A DNA stretch of 64,000 bases from a virus (lineage: Duplodnaviria > Heunggongvirae > Uroviricota > Caudoviricetes), in the IMG/VR virus record IMGVR_UViG_3300042402_002792; one strand, written 5' to 3'. Shown in pieces: positions 39,450-48,440 of the stretch. The notes beneath the pieces are model-generated. The model was not told the DNA's origin. It saw only the letters and a program-made list of their open reading frames with translations, and did no database searches. The stretch's first letter is position 1. Every line of letters starts with the position of its first letter. Position numbers and translations under genes: made by a program.

Positions 39450-41161
39450 GTTGGAAAAAATATTTTACACCGGTAACGGTTGACAACAATCCAGGGACTT
39501 ATAGTCCAATCGGATCGAACTCGTCACGTCCTGGTCCAGCTCGTGCTAACTATTCAAGTTTTTTACCTGATGTATACACCGGTGCTCCAAATCGTATTGA
39601 ACGATATTTGCAATACGATACTATGGATATGGATAGTGAAGTTAATGCGGCACTAGACATTATTGCAGAATTTTGCAGTCAAAAAAATAAAGAAAATCAC
39701 ACACCATTTACTTTGTTTTATAGAACAAAAGCTACAAATTCAGAAATAGCTATTCTTAGAGAATATCTACAACAGTGGTGCAAATTACAAAAATTTGAAA
39801 CTAGAATCTTTAGAATTGTACGCAACGTATTCAAATATGGCGATGCATTTTTTGTTCGTGATCCTGAAAATAAAAAATGGGTCTACATTGATCCAGGCAA
39901 GATTACCAAAGTTATTGTAAATGAAAGTGAAGGTAAAGCGCCAGAACAATATGTAATTCGTGACTTAAATCCTAACTTTCAAGATCTAGTTGTTACTACA
40001 ATTAATCCTAACACGATGAACACTAACAACAGAGGCACTGCTTATGCAGCGGGTGGCGCTGCCGCTAGAGGAAATGCTAGTGCATATCCTATTAGTCCAG
40101 GTACTCGTTTTAGTAATAATCAAAACGAAGTTGCTATTGAAGCAAAGCATGTGGTTCATTTGAGTCTAAGTGAAGGGTTAGATAATAACTATCCTTTTGG
40201 TAACAGTTTGTTAGAAAACGTTTTTAAAGTTTACAAGCAAAAAGAATTACTTGAAGATGCTATTATTATCTATCGTGTTCAACGTGCCCCTGAGCGCAGA
40301 GTATTTTATGTTGATGTAGGTAATATGCCTAGTCACCTTGCTATGAGTTTTGTTGAAAGGGTTAAAAATGAAATTAACCAAAGAAGACTACCTAGTGCTA
40401 CTGGCGGTGGTACTAACGTTATTGATTCAGCATATAACCCGCTATCTATCAATGAAGATTACTTCTTCCCACAAACTGCTGAAGGAAGAGGATCCAAAGT
40501 TGAGACTCTACCTGGAGGGACGAATCTCGGCGAGATTGATGATTTAAAATACTTTACAAATAAACTATTTCGTGGTTTAAGAATTCCAAGTAGCTATCTG
40601 CCAACAGGTGCAGATGATAGCCAAGCGCAGTATAACGATGGGCGAGTTGGTACAGCATATATTCAAGAACTACGTTTTAATAACTATTGCCAACGTTTAC
40701 AAAGCTTAATGCAAGAGATGTTTGATCAAGAGTTTAAACTTTATTTGTACGATAGAGGAGTAAACATTGATTCAAGTATGTTTGAATTACAATTTCAACC
40801 TCCGCAAAACTTTGCTACATATCGTCAAGCAGAATTAGACGGTCAGCGTGTTCCACAGTTCCAACAGGTATTACAAGTTCCACACATGAGTAAACGTTTT
40901 GCTATGAAACGATTCTTAGGTTTAACAGACGAAGAAATGGCAGAAAACGAACGTCTATGGGCTGAAGAAAACGGTAAGAGTAAAGCTATTCCAACAGATA
41001 GCTCAGGCGAAATGCGATCAGCAGGTATTAGTCAAGCAGGCATTGAAAGTGATTTAGGTGACCTAGCAGACGAAGTAGCACCAGATGACGCTGGTGGTGC
41101 AGCTACAGTTGCTCCAGGAACTACTGCGCCTACTGCACCAGTAACACCGCCAACAGCATAA
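39446..41161 (+). CDS. gp20: Portal protein
   Basis: LEDAIIIYRVQRAPERRVFYVDVGNMP, EDYFFP, GRGSKVETLPGG, YFTNKLFRGLRIPSS. Confidence 0.95.
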   Translation: MSWKKYFTPVTVDNNPGTYSPIGSNSSRPGPARANYSSFLPDVYTGAPNRIERYLQYDTMDMDSEVNAALDIIAEFCSQKNKENHTPFTLFYRTKATNSEIAILREYLQQWCKLQKFETRIFRIVRNVFKYGDAFFVRDPENKKWVYIDPGKITKVIVNESEGKAPEQYVIRDLNPNFQDLVVTTINPNTMNTNNRGTAYAAGGAAARGNASAYPISPGTRFSNNQNEVAIEAKHVVHLSLSEGLDNNYPFGNSLLENVFKVYKQKELLEDAIIIYRVQRAPERRVFYVDVGNMPSHLAMSFVERVKNEINQRRLPSATGGGTNVIDSAYNPLSINEDYFFPQTAEGRGSKVETLPGGTNLGEIDDLKYFTNKLFRGLRIPSSYLPTGADDSQAQYNDGRVGTAYIQELRFNNYCQRLQSLMQEMFDQEFKLYLYDRGVNIDSSMFELQFQPPQNFATYRQAELDGQRVPQFQQVLQVPHMSKRFAMKRFLGLTDEEMAENERLWAEENGKSKAIPTDSSGEMRSAGISQAGIESDLGDLADEVAPDDAGGAATVAPGTTAPTAPVTPPTA

Positions 41162-41170
41162 ATATTTCAT

Positions 41171-41410
41171 ATGATTTTACGAGAACTTTTTTATGCTGAC
41201 AAAGACATGCAATCTGTGTCTAATGATCTACGCAGTTCGCCTGCTCGCGACATTACATCTTTAAAAAGAAAAGATACACGTAAAACTCGACTAACACTAA
41301 AACAGATTAACGAGCTTAGAAAAGCTAGTGAATCACATATACTTGAACAAGAAAAAGAATTAGAACTAATTCAATCAATGTATATGGCTCCTGCTCAGCC
41401 AGCAGCATAA
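41171..41410 (+). CDS. Small head-module protein
   Basis: TAAATA 6 nt before ATG; DTRKTRLTLKQINELRK; directly after portal. Confidence 0.6.
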   Translation: MILRELFYADKDMQSVSNDLRSSPARDITSLKRKDTRKTRLTLKQINELRKASESHILEQEKELELIQSMYMAPAQPAA

Positions 41411-41418
41411 ATTAATTT

Positions 41419-42003
41419 ATGAGAAGTTTTGTTTTAGGAAATGGGCGCAGCCGCCTATTAATTAACCCCAACGATATAAAATCTTACGGTAATGTCTACG
41501 GATGTAACGCTCTCTATAGAGAGTTTGAGCCAGATTATCTGGTAGCAGTAGATAGTAAGATGATTATAGAAATTGCCAATTCTAGATATCAATTAAATCA
41601 CGAAGTTTGGACTAACCCTAACATAAGATATAAAACATTTAACGGGTTCAAATATTTTGACCCTAGCTTAGGTTGGAGTTCAGGACCTACAGCCTTGTAC
41701 CTAGCTGCTAAACATCAACCTATAGAAATTTTTGTTTTTGGTTTTGATTTTACAGGAGTTGCTGGCAAAGTAAACAACGTTTATGCAGATACAGACAATT
41801 ATAAAACTTCAGATCAACCAGCAACTTACTACGGTAACTGGGAACGACAAACCGAAAGTGTTGTAAAAACTAATCCTAAAATAAAATTTTATCGAGTAGT
41901 TGATAACACATATTATACTCCCGCATGGGAACAACATAATTTTAGACACATGCATATTAACGAATTTAAGAAATTACAAGAAACGTGGTCTAAAATTCGT
42001 TAA
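41419..42003 (+). CDS. Hypothetical protein, sialyltransferase/DUF115-like nucleotide-binding fold
   Basis: VLGNGRSR, YGCNALYR, PDYLVAVD, SSGPTA, IFVFGFD match the GNGxS...N...S(S/T)G...GFD pattern. Confidence 0.5.
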   Translation: MRSFVLGNGRSRLLINPNDIKSYGNVYGCNALYREFEPDYLVAVDSKMIIEIANSRYQLNHEVWTNPNIRYKTFNGFKYFDPSLGWSSGPTALYLAAKHQPIEIFVFGFDFTGVAGKVNNVYADTDNYKTSDQPATYYGNWERQTESVVKTNPKIKFYRVVDNTYYTPAWEQHNFRHMHINEFKKLQETWSKIR

Positions 42004-42081
42004 AATTACACCATTTTACCCCTATTATTACAATTAAGTGTAAATATATTTGACAGCCTTGCAACCTATAGGAGACAAACC

Positions 42082-42945
42082 ATGACTGATCGAAATAAGT
42101 TCGAGCAGATGCTCGAACATCTTATTAATGAAGAAAGTGACAAAGCCAAAGAGCTTTTCCATCAACTAGTAGTTGAAAAATCTCGCGAAATCTATGAAGA
42201 AATTCTTGCTGAAGACTTCCAAGTAAATGAGGAAGACGAAGACGAAGAAATGGATGAAGCTAAGGATAAAGATGAAGACGACGAACAAGTTGACGAAGCT
42301 AAAGACGAAGACGAAGACGACGAAGAAGTGGACGAGAGTTTTGGTTTTGCTGAAGGCGACGATGAAGACGAAGGTGACGTAGGCGGTGACGCAGGCGACG
42401 ACTTTGTTGATGATATTGACGCCGAAATGGGCGACGAAGAAGGTTCAGAAGGAGAAGGCGATCTAGAAGACCGTGTTGTTGATCTAGAAGACGCACTTGA
42501 TGAATTACGTTCAGAATTTGAAGCATTAATGGCCGACGAAGGCGGAATGGACGACATGGACGACATGGGCGGTGACGACATGGGCGGTGACGACATGGGC
42601 ATGGACAAAGACTTAGAAGATAGCTTTGTTCGTGAGTATGTAGAAAAAGTTAGCTCAGCAAAGATGGGCGACAACGGCGCAAACGCTAAGTCTATTGTAG
42701 CTGGTAAGAACGACATGGGTGGTACAACTGCTAATATTGTTAAGGGTGGCGAAAGCACCACTGGCGGTACAAAAGGCGGTTTAGCTAATCCTAGTACTAA
42801 AGAAGATAACGCAGGTAATGTAAATGTTCCTGGCGGTAAGGCTGGAGTTAAACATCTTAAGAAGATGAGTGCTCCAAAAGGCGGAGATGATGGCGATAAA
42901 AGCGCAGGTAGTCCGCTTAACGGTGCTCCCGGAAGAGCAAAATAA
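42082..42945 (+). CDS. Highly acidic prohead core/scaffold-associated protein
   Basis: D/E-rich with many (V/I/M)xE motifs; TAAATA at 42041 and SD AGGAG; directly upstream of the protease. Confidence 0.65.
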   Translation: MTDRNKFEQMLEHLINEESDKAKELFHQLVVEKSREIYEEILAEDFQVNEEDEDEEMDEAKDKDEDDEQVDEAKDEDEDDEEVDESFGFAEGDDEDEGDVGGDAGDDFVDDIDAEMGDEEGSEGEGDLEDRVVDLEDALDELRSEFEALMADEGGMDDMDDMGGDDMGGDDMGMDKDLEDSFVREYVEKVSSAKMGDNGANAKSIVAGKNDMGGTTANIVKGGESTTGGTKGGLANPSTKEDNAGNVNVPGGKAGVKHLKKMSAPKGGDDGDKSAGSPLNGAPGRAK

Positions 42946-42951
42946 GGTAGT

Positions 42952-43581
42952 ATGATGAACTATCTTCGCGAAAACCTGAGTTTCGACCAAGCGAAAGTGG
43001 TCGTAGAAACCGACGGTGACGGCGGAAAAAATCTCCACATGAAAGGGATTTTTATCCAAGGTGACAAGAGGAATCAGAATCAGCGTGTTTATCCTGTACA
43101 AGAGATTGCCAGGGCTGTCAAGACCCTGAACGATCAAATCGCAGGTGGCTATTCAGTGTTAGGCGAAGTTGATCATCCAGATGACCTAAGAATTAACCTT
43201 GACCGTGTGAGTCATATGATCACAGAAATGTGGATGGAAGGCGCAGACGGTTATGGAAAATTAAAAATCCTACCAACTCCTATGGGACAACTTGTGGAAA
43301 CAATGTTGAAAAGTGGAGTGAAGTTAGGAGTTTCAAGTCGCGGGTCTGGAAACGTTCGTGAGGACGGTTCCGGTCACGTGTCAGATTTTGAGATTATCAC
43401 AGTTGATGTGGTAGCTCAACCTAGTGCTCCGGGTGCATATCCTACACCAATCTATGAACATTTAATGAATACTCGTGGTGGTTATAGAAGCTTGCGTATA
43501 GCGCAAGAGGTTAAAGGTGATCCTAGGGCGCAGAAATATCTCAAAGAGAGCTTATTAGCAATAATAAGCAAGCTCCAATAA
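42952..43581 (+). CDS. gp21: Prohead maturation protease
   Basis: GIFIQG..RNQNQRVYP, LGEVDHP, GVSSRGSG, DVVAQPSAPGA. Confidence 0.93.
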   Translation: MMNYLRENLSFDQAKVVVETDGDGGKNLHMKGIFIQGDKRNQNQRVYPVQEIARAVKTLNDQIAGGYSVLGEVDHPDDLRINLDRVSHMITEMWMEGADGYGKLKILPTPMGQLVETMLKSGVKLGVSSRGSGNVREDGSGHVSDFEIITVDVVAQPSAPGAYPTPIYEHLMNTRGGYRSLRIAQEVKGDPRAQKYLKESLLAIISKLQ

Positions 43582-43596
43582 AAAAAGGAGAATCAC

Positions 43597-44685
43597 ATGT
43601 TGGACGCACTAAAACATCTATTTGAGAATAATGTGATTTCGGAAGAAGTAAAAGCTGATATTGAGAAAGCTTGGGACGCTCGCATTGTCGAGAACCGTAC
43701 ACAAGTAACTCAACAACTACGTGAAGAATTTGCACAACGCTACGAGCATGACAAACAAGTTATGGTTGAAGCTATTGATCGTATGTTGGGAGACCAACTA
43801 CGTGAAGAAATTAGTCAATTTGTAGAAGATCGTAATCAACTTGCTGAAATGAAAGCAAAGTATGCAGTAAAAATGCAAGGCAATGCTAAGTTAATGCAAG
43901 AATTTGTAACTCGTCAACTTTCCAAAGAAGTTAAAGAATTACACGAAGATCAAGTACAAATGGCAGCAAAATTCAAAACGCTTGAGCGTTTTGTAGTTGA
44001 AGCTCTTGCTCAAGAAATTGCAGAATTCCATACAGATAAACAAGATCTTGCAAATACCAAGGTACGTTTAGTTCGTGAAGGACGCGATGCTCTAGCAAAA
44101 ATGAAAGAACAGTTTATTAAACGTGCAGCACAATTAGTCGAAACTACAGTTGAAAAGACTCTTACTAAAGAGATTGGTCAACTAAAAGAAGACATTGAAA
44201 GTGCTCGTCGTAACGACTTCGGTCGTAAGTTGTTTGAAGCATTTGCTACTGAGTATCAAGGAAGTTATCTTAGCGAAAAATCAGAATCAGCTAAATTGCT
44301 CAAGGTCATAGACATGAAAGAATTAGAACTAGCTCAAGCTAAAAACGCTGTAGCAGAGGCTCGTCTAATCGCAGAAAGCAAACAAGCAGAAATTAAGGCT
44401 CTTACAGAGAGTCAGCAACGTCAGGAAATTATGAATGAACTAGTAGCTCCTTTAGGTGGAAACCAAAAAGCTATTATGACAGAATTACTTGAAAGCGTAC
44501 ATACAACAAAACTAAAATCTAGTTTTGAAAAGTACCTACCAGCTGTAATTGCTGGTGAAGCACCAAAAAAGAAACAGGCATTAGTAGAGGCAAAAGAAGT
44601 AACAGGCAATAAAGAAACCAACAGCGTCAGTAGCAGCAGAGAAGACCACAATATAATAGATATTCGTCGTCTTGCTGGAATTTAA
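43597..44685 (+). CDS. gp22: Prohead scaffolding protein
   Basis: Coiled-coil protein between gp21 and gp23; SD AAGGAG. Confidence 0.8.
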   Translation: MLDALKHLFENNVISEEVKADIEKAWDARIVENRTQVTQQLREEFAQRYEHDKQVMVEAIDRMLGDQLREEISQFVEDRNQLAEMKAKYAVKMQGNAKLMQEFVTRQLSKEVKELHEDQVQMAAKFKTLERFVVEALAQEIAEFHTDKQDLANTKVRLVREGRDALAKMKEQFIKRAAQLVETTVEKTLTKEIGQLKEDIESARRNDFGRKLFEAFATEYQGSYLSEKSESAKLLKVIDMKELELAQAKNAVAEARLIAESKQAEIKALTESQQRQEIMNELVAPLGGNQKAIMTELLESVHTTKLKSSFEKYLPAVIAGEAPKKKQALVEAKEVTGNKETNSVSSSREDHNIIDIRRLAGI

Positions 44686-44708
44686 TACATTAATTAGGAG
44701 AAAATATA

Positions 44709-45878
44709 ATGTCAGAACTACTAACAAGCCGTTGGGCAGAGACCAAAGAGGCCCTTCTTGAAGGCCTACAAGGCACCAAGCGTTCAGTAATGGCTAGCAC
44801 CTTAGAGAATACTCGCAAGTATCTCGCAGAAAGTGCTTCCGCAGGTGCTACTTCTGCCGGCAACGTCGCAACATTAAACCGCGTGATTCTTCCAGTAATC
44901 CGTCGTGTTATGCCAACAGTTATCGCTAACGAGTTGGTCGGTGTACAACCAATGACTGGCCCAGTTGGGCAAATCCATACTCTACGTGTTCGCTACAGCG
45001 ATACAAGCGGTAGTGGTACAGGAGATGCAACTGCTGGTGAAGAGGCATTAAGCCCCTTCAAAATTGCTGAAAGCTATTCTGGTGCCGCTGGTACTGGTAA
45101 AGCCGCTTCTACTGCTGCACTAGAAGGTGCTGCTGGTAAGCGTATGAGCATTCAGATCTTGAAACAAACAGTCGAAGCTAAGACACGTAAGTTATCAGCT
45201 CGCTGGACATTCGAGGCTGCACAAGATGCACAAGCTCAGCAAGGTATCGATATCGAAGCAGAAATCATGGCCGCTTTAGCTCAAGAAATTACAGCTGAAA
45301 TCGATCAAGAGATCCTAGCTTCTTTAACAACATTAGCTGGTTCACAAAACCAGTTAGCTTATAACCAAGCTACAGTAAGCGGTACAGCTACATTCGTTGG
45401 TGATGAACACGCTGCTCTTGCAGTTATGATCAACCGTGTTGCTAACGTAATCGCTCAGCGTACACGTCGTGGCGCTGGTAACTGGGCTGTTGTAAGTCCA
45501 TTAGCATTGACAATTCTTCAAAGTGCTACAACTTCTGCGTTCGCAAGAACAACAGAAGGCACATTCGAAGCACCTACAAACACTAAGTTTGTTGGTACAT
45601 TGAACAATGCTATGAAAGTATATGTTAACACATATACAACAAGCGATACAGTTCTAGTTGGCTACAAAGGCGCTAACGAGAGTGACGCAGCAGCATTCTA
45701 TTGCCCATACATTCCATTGATGAGCAGTGGTGTTGTTCTTGACCCATCAACATTCGAACCAGTCGTATCATTCATGACACGTTATGGTTATGTTGAGTTG
45801 TCAAATACAGCTTCTTCTCTAGGTAACGCAGCTGACTACCTAGGTACAGTTACTATCAGTAACGCTGTATTCAGCTAA
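44709..45878 (+). CDS. gp23: Major capsid protein
   Basis: VGVQPMTGPVGQI, KTRKLSARWTFEAAQD, EITAEIDQEI, FYCPYIPL, FMTRYG. Confidence 0.96.
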   Translation: MSELLTSRWAETKEALLEGLQGTKRSVMASTLENTRKYLAESASAGATSAGNVATLNRVILPVIRRVMPTVIANELVGVQPMTGPVGQIHTLRVRYSDTSGSGTGDATAGEEALSPFKIAESYSGAAGTGKAASTAALEGAAGKRMSIQILKQTVEAKTRKLSARWTFEAAQDAQAQQGIDIEAEIMAALAQEITAEIDQEILASLTTLAGSQNQLAYNQATVSGTATFVGDEHAALAVMINRVANVIAQRTRRGAGNWAVVSPLALTILQSATTSAFARTTEGTFEAPTNTKFVGTLNNAMKVYVNTYTTSDTVLVGYKGANESDAAAFYCPYIPLMSSGVVLDPSTFEPVVSFMTRYGYVELSNTASSLGNAADYLGTVTISNAVFS

Positions 45879-45906
45879 TCAACTTACCGCAAGGTACGTT
45901 AATTAT

Positions 45907-45933
45907 AAAGGGCTCTTCGGAGCCCTTTCTCTT
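45907..45933 (+). terminator. Rho-independent terminator after gp23
   Basis: AAAGGGCTC-TTCG-GAGCCCTTT then CTCTT; cUUCGg tetraloop. Confidence 0.9.
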
Positions 45934-45940
45934 GATCAGA

Positions 45941-46034
45941 TAAATACTATGTCTAAAAATAGAGCCTGTTTTATACAGGACTTATGCAGAATCCCTCTGC
46001 GTAGACCTAGAACGTCATATTAAGGAGAAACCAA
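45941..46034 (+). promoter_or_regulatory. Late promoter plus structured 5' leader
   Basis: TAAATA 45941-45946; hairpins CCTGT-TTTAT-ACAGG and TATGCAGA-ATCCC-TCTGCGTA; SD AAGGAG. Confidence 0.6.
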
Positions 46035-46457
46035 ATGGGACGTCCATTATTTAAAGATGTAAACGGTGTTAAAGCTACACGTTCATACACAACAACACAA
46101 GCCGGTATTAAAGTAGAAGGTTATTTCGGCGGATCATTAGCTACAGATTATCAAATTGTCAAACAGCGCGGAGCAAGAACTTTTGTAGTTTTAAGCACTG
46201 CTACTGACGAATTTACTGAAGCAGAAAGCATCTCTGGTATCACAGCTTCAAACTTGCAAGTAGGAACAACAGTAGCTGATCAACCAGCTGCTGACGGTGA
46301 AATTCGTATCCTCGGATCTACAACTGGTCAAACTCCAGGTACTACTGCTATTAAAAAATTAACTCGTAGACTGGCATACGACTTTAGCGACAACAAATAT
46401 ACTTGGTATATTGACAATGATTCTTCAGGTGATGTATTAGTATTAACAGCAGTCTAA
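46035..46457 (+). CDS. Hypothetical virion protein (possible head decoration)
   Basis: Own late promoter and strong SD right after gp23; MGRPL...IVKQRG. Confidence 0.55.
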   Translation: MGRPLFKDVNGVKATRSYTTTQAGIKVEGYFGGSLATDYQIVKQRGARTFVVLSTATDEFTEAESISGITASNLQVGTTVADQPAADGEIRILGSTTGQTPGTTAIKKLTRRLAYDFSDNKYTWYIDNDSSGDVLVLTAV

Positions 46458-46458
46458 T

Positions 46459-47544
46459 ATGAAAGTTTTAAGTATTCCTAACAGTGATTATAAAGTAATC
46501 ACAAGAAACAATGGTAAAATTACCTTAGACGTTGGTAACGACGGTGAGGTAATTGTCACTGGAGATTTAACAGTTGTTGGTGATGTAACTACAATTCAAA
46601 GTGAAACATTAACTGTTAGGGATAATATTATTCAACTTAACATTGATGATACTGGAGATTCTCAAGGTATTAGTTTAGTTTTTAATAGAGAATCTGGTGT
46701 TGAGATAAATCGTGGATCTGTTAAACCTGACGGATATTTTGTACTAAGTGATGCTGTTGAAAGCATTCGAGCAAACGGATCCTCTGCTTACGGAACATGG
46801 TTATTTAAAGATGCTAACGGAGCATCAATGGGTCTTCAAACTTGTTCTATCAAAACTGGACCTAATGAAAATTTATTTTTAATTAATCAAGGTACTGGTT
46901 ATGTTACAGTTACCGGTACAGTTGATTATGAAAAAAATGCTTTAAATTATTCTGCATATTGGCCAACTTATCCTACAGGATCTCCTAGTTATAGTGGTCC
47001 TATAACACTACTTGTTGGCGGAGACGATGTAATTCCAAATGCCAAAGCTATGGCAGACTACACAACTTCGAGTTTATACTTTTTTGATGATTGGCGAATT
47101 AGTGACGCTAACACAAATGTTTCAGTATATGACAGTTTAAGTGACAGTACTCCGGGAAATATATATAGACCAGTAGGATATATACCGCCTACAGATAGTA
47201 AAATAGAATTTACAGTTGATGGTAGTGAACGAGCAGAAATTAATGCCAACGGTTTAAATGTTGACAATTTAAGAGTCTTTACGGACACAGTAAGTAATAC
47301 TAGTATAGGTAATGATTTAATACTTACTGCTGGAAATAATACTGTAAGGATTGACTCAGTAGTTAAGTTACAAGAACAAGCAAGTGATCCAACAAGCACA
47401 AGTACATATGGAAAATTATATACTAAGGCACCTGGCAGTGGCGTCGGAACTCCTGGTAAGACTGGAATTTACTTTGTAAATACTCTTACTAACGATGAAC
47501 TAGTGGCCAAAAATAGAGCATTGCTTTTTAGTATATTATTTTAA
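46459..47544 (+). CDS. Virion structural/fibre-associated protein
   Basis: VIVTGDLTVVG..TT....LTVRDNIIQLN, GVEINRG; hydrophobic C-terminus ALLFSILF. Confidence 0.6.
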   Translation: MKVLSIPNSDYKVITRNNGKITLDVGNDGEVIVTGDLTVVGDVTTIQSETLTVRDNIIQLNIDDTGDSQGISLVFNRESGVEINRGSVKPDGYFVLSDAVESIRANGSSAYGTWLFKDANGASMGLQTCSIKTGPNENLFLINQGTGYVTVTGTVDYEKNALNYSAYWPTYPTGSPSYSGPITLLVGGDDVIPNAKAMADYTTSSLYFFDDWRISDANTNVSVYDSLSDSTPGNIYRPVGYIPPTDSKIEFTVDGSERAEINANGLNVDNLRVFTDTVSNTSIGNDLILTAGNNTVRIDSVVKLQEQASDPTSTSTYGKLYTKAPGSGVGTPGKTGIYFVNTLTNDELVAKNRALLFSILF

Positions 47545-47553
47545 GGATAAAAA

Positions 47554-47859
47554 ATGGCATTATATAACACACCAATTTTAGCAACAAATACAACACTAGC
47601 AAGTGGCTCAGGTGAACGTGCTATAACTACTGTTATTGTTTGCAACACAACTGGTGGAGATTTACCGTTAACTTTATATGCTGTAGCTAGCGGTGGTAGT
47701 GCTGGCACAGGTACTATGATCGTAAATGCGTTAAATGTACCAGCAGGAGATACTGTAAGTTTTGATCAAGAAAAAATAGTATTGTCAACCGGTGATGCAT
47801 TAATAGCAGCAAGCTCGGGCACAGGGTTAACAGCAACAGTGAGTACATTGGCGGTCTAA
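47554..47859 (+). CDS. Small beta-rich virion protein (paralog of 57962..58291)
   Basis: CNTTG...VPAGDT...EKIVL..GD aligns by eye with ANLTG...VPANSS...EKLIL..NN. Confidence 0.6.
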   Translation: MALYNTPILATNTTLASGSGERAITTVIVCNTTGGDLPLTLYAVASGGSAGTGTMIVNALNVPAGDTVSFDQEKIVLSTGDALIAASSGTGLTATVSTLAV

Positions 47860-47860
47860 G

Positions 47861-48409
47861 ATGCGTTTTTTAAAAACATTAACACTTAATCGTAGAGCAA
47901 TTTATGATGACAGAGTAGCTGTTAGAACAGACAGCTCTGTTATAATGAATACTACTAATAATCTACTAGTACCAAAGGGTGCTACTGCTGATCAACCAGC
48001 AAGTCCAGTTGACGGCATGATTAGGTACAATACAGATTTAAACACTCCACACGGAGAGTTTGAGTTCCGTCAAGGCGGTGCATGGCGTCGAGTAAGGTTT
48101 CAAGAACCAAATGGCATAGTTGTACAAAAATTAGGACCAGGCGATGATAGCACTACTGTGTTTGGCCCGCTAACACCAGATCCTTTTACATATACTCAGC
48201 AAGCTGGTGTAACCTGGGATGCTGCACAAATAGCTAAAAATTTAATTGTAATAGTTGAAAACGTATTTCAAATCCCTGGTGCAGGCGAAAACTTTACAGT
48301 GATACAACAACCAACCGGTCCTCTTGGTGCAAACGAAACATATTTACAATTTGCAACTGCTGTACCTACAACAAAATATATCTACATCTTCCATAAATTT
48401 GATCAGTAA
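47861..48409 (+). CDS. Virion protein with PxG.T..P...G.IRYN module
   Basis: VPKGATADQPASPVDGMIRYNTD...FEF..GGAW; VIVENVFQIP. Confidence 0.55.
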   Translation: MRFLKTLTLNRRAIYDDRVAVRTDSSVIMNTTNNLLVPKGATADQPASPVDGMIRYNTDLNTPHGEFEFRQGGAWRRVRFQEPNGIVVQKLGPGDDSTTVFGPLTPDPFTYTQQAGVTWDAAQIAKNLIVIVENVFQIPGAGENFTVIQQPTGPLGANETYLQFATAVPTTKYIYIFHKFDQ

Positions 48410-48440
48410 TAGTCCGATAAATATTTGATCGGAGCTTACT

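Noticed and set aside
42545-42605. GACGACATGGGCGGT tandem repeats
   Set aside because: Simple coding repeat (DDMGG) in an acidic low-complexity protein.
42192-42761. Antisense Ser-rich 189-aa ORF and other opposite-strand ORFs (e.g. 3711..4235, 36692..39442, 49478..57702)
   Set aside because: Shadow frames produced by codon bias and low-complexity sequence of the real genes.
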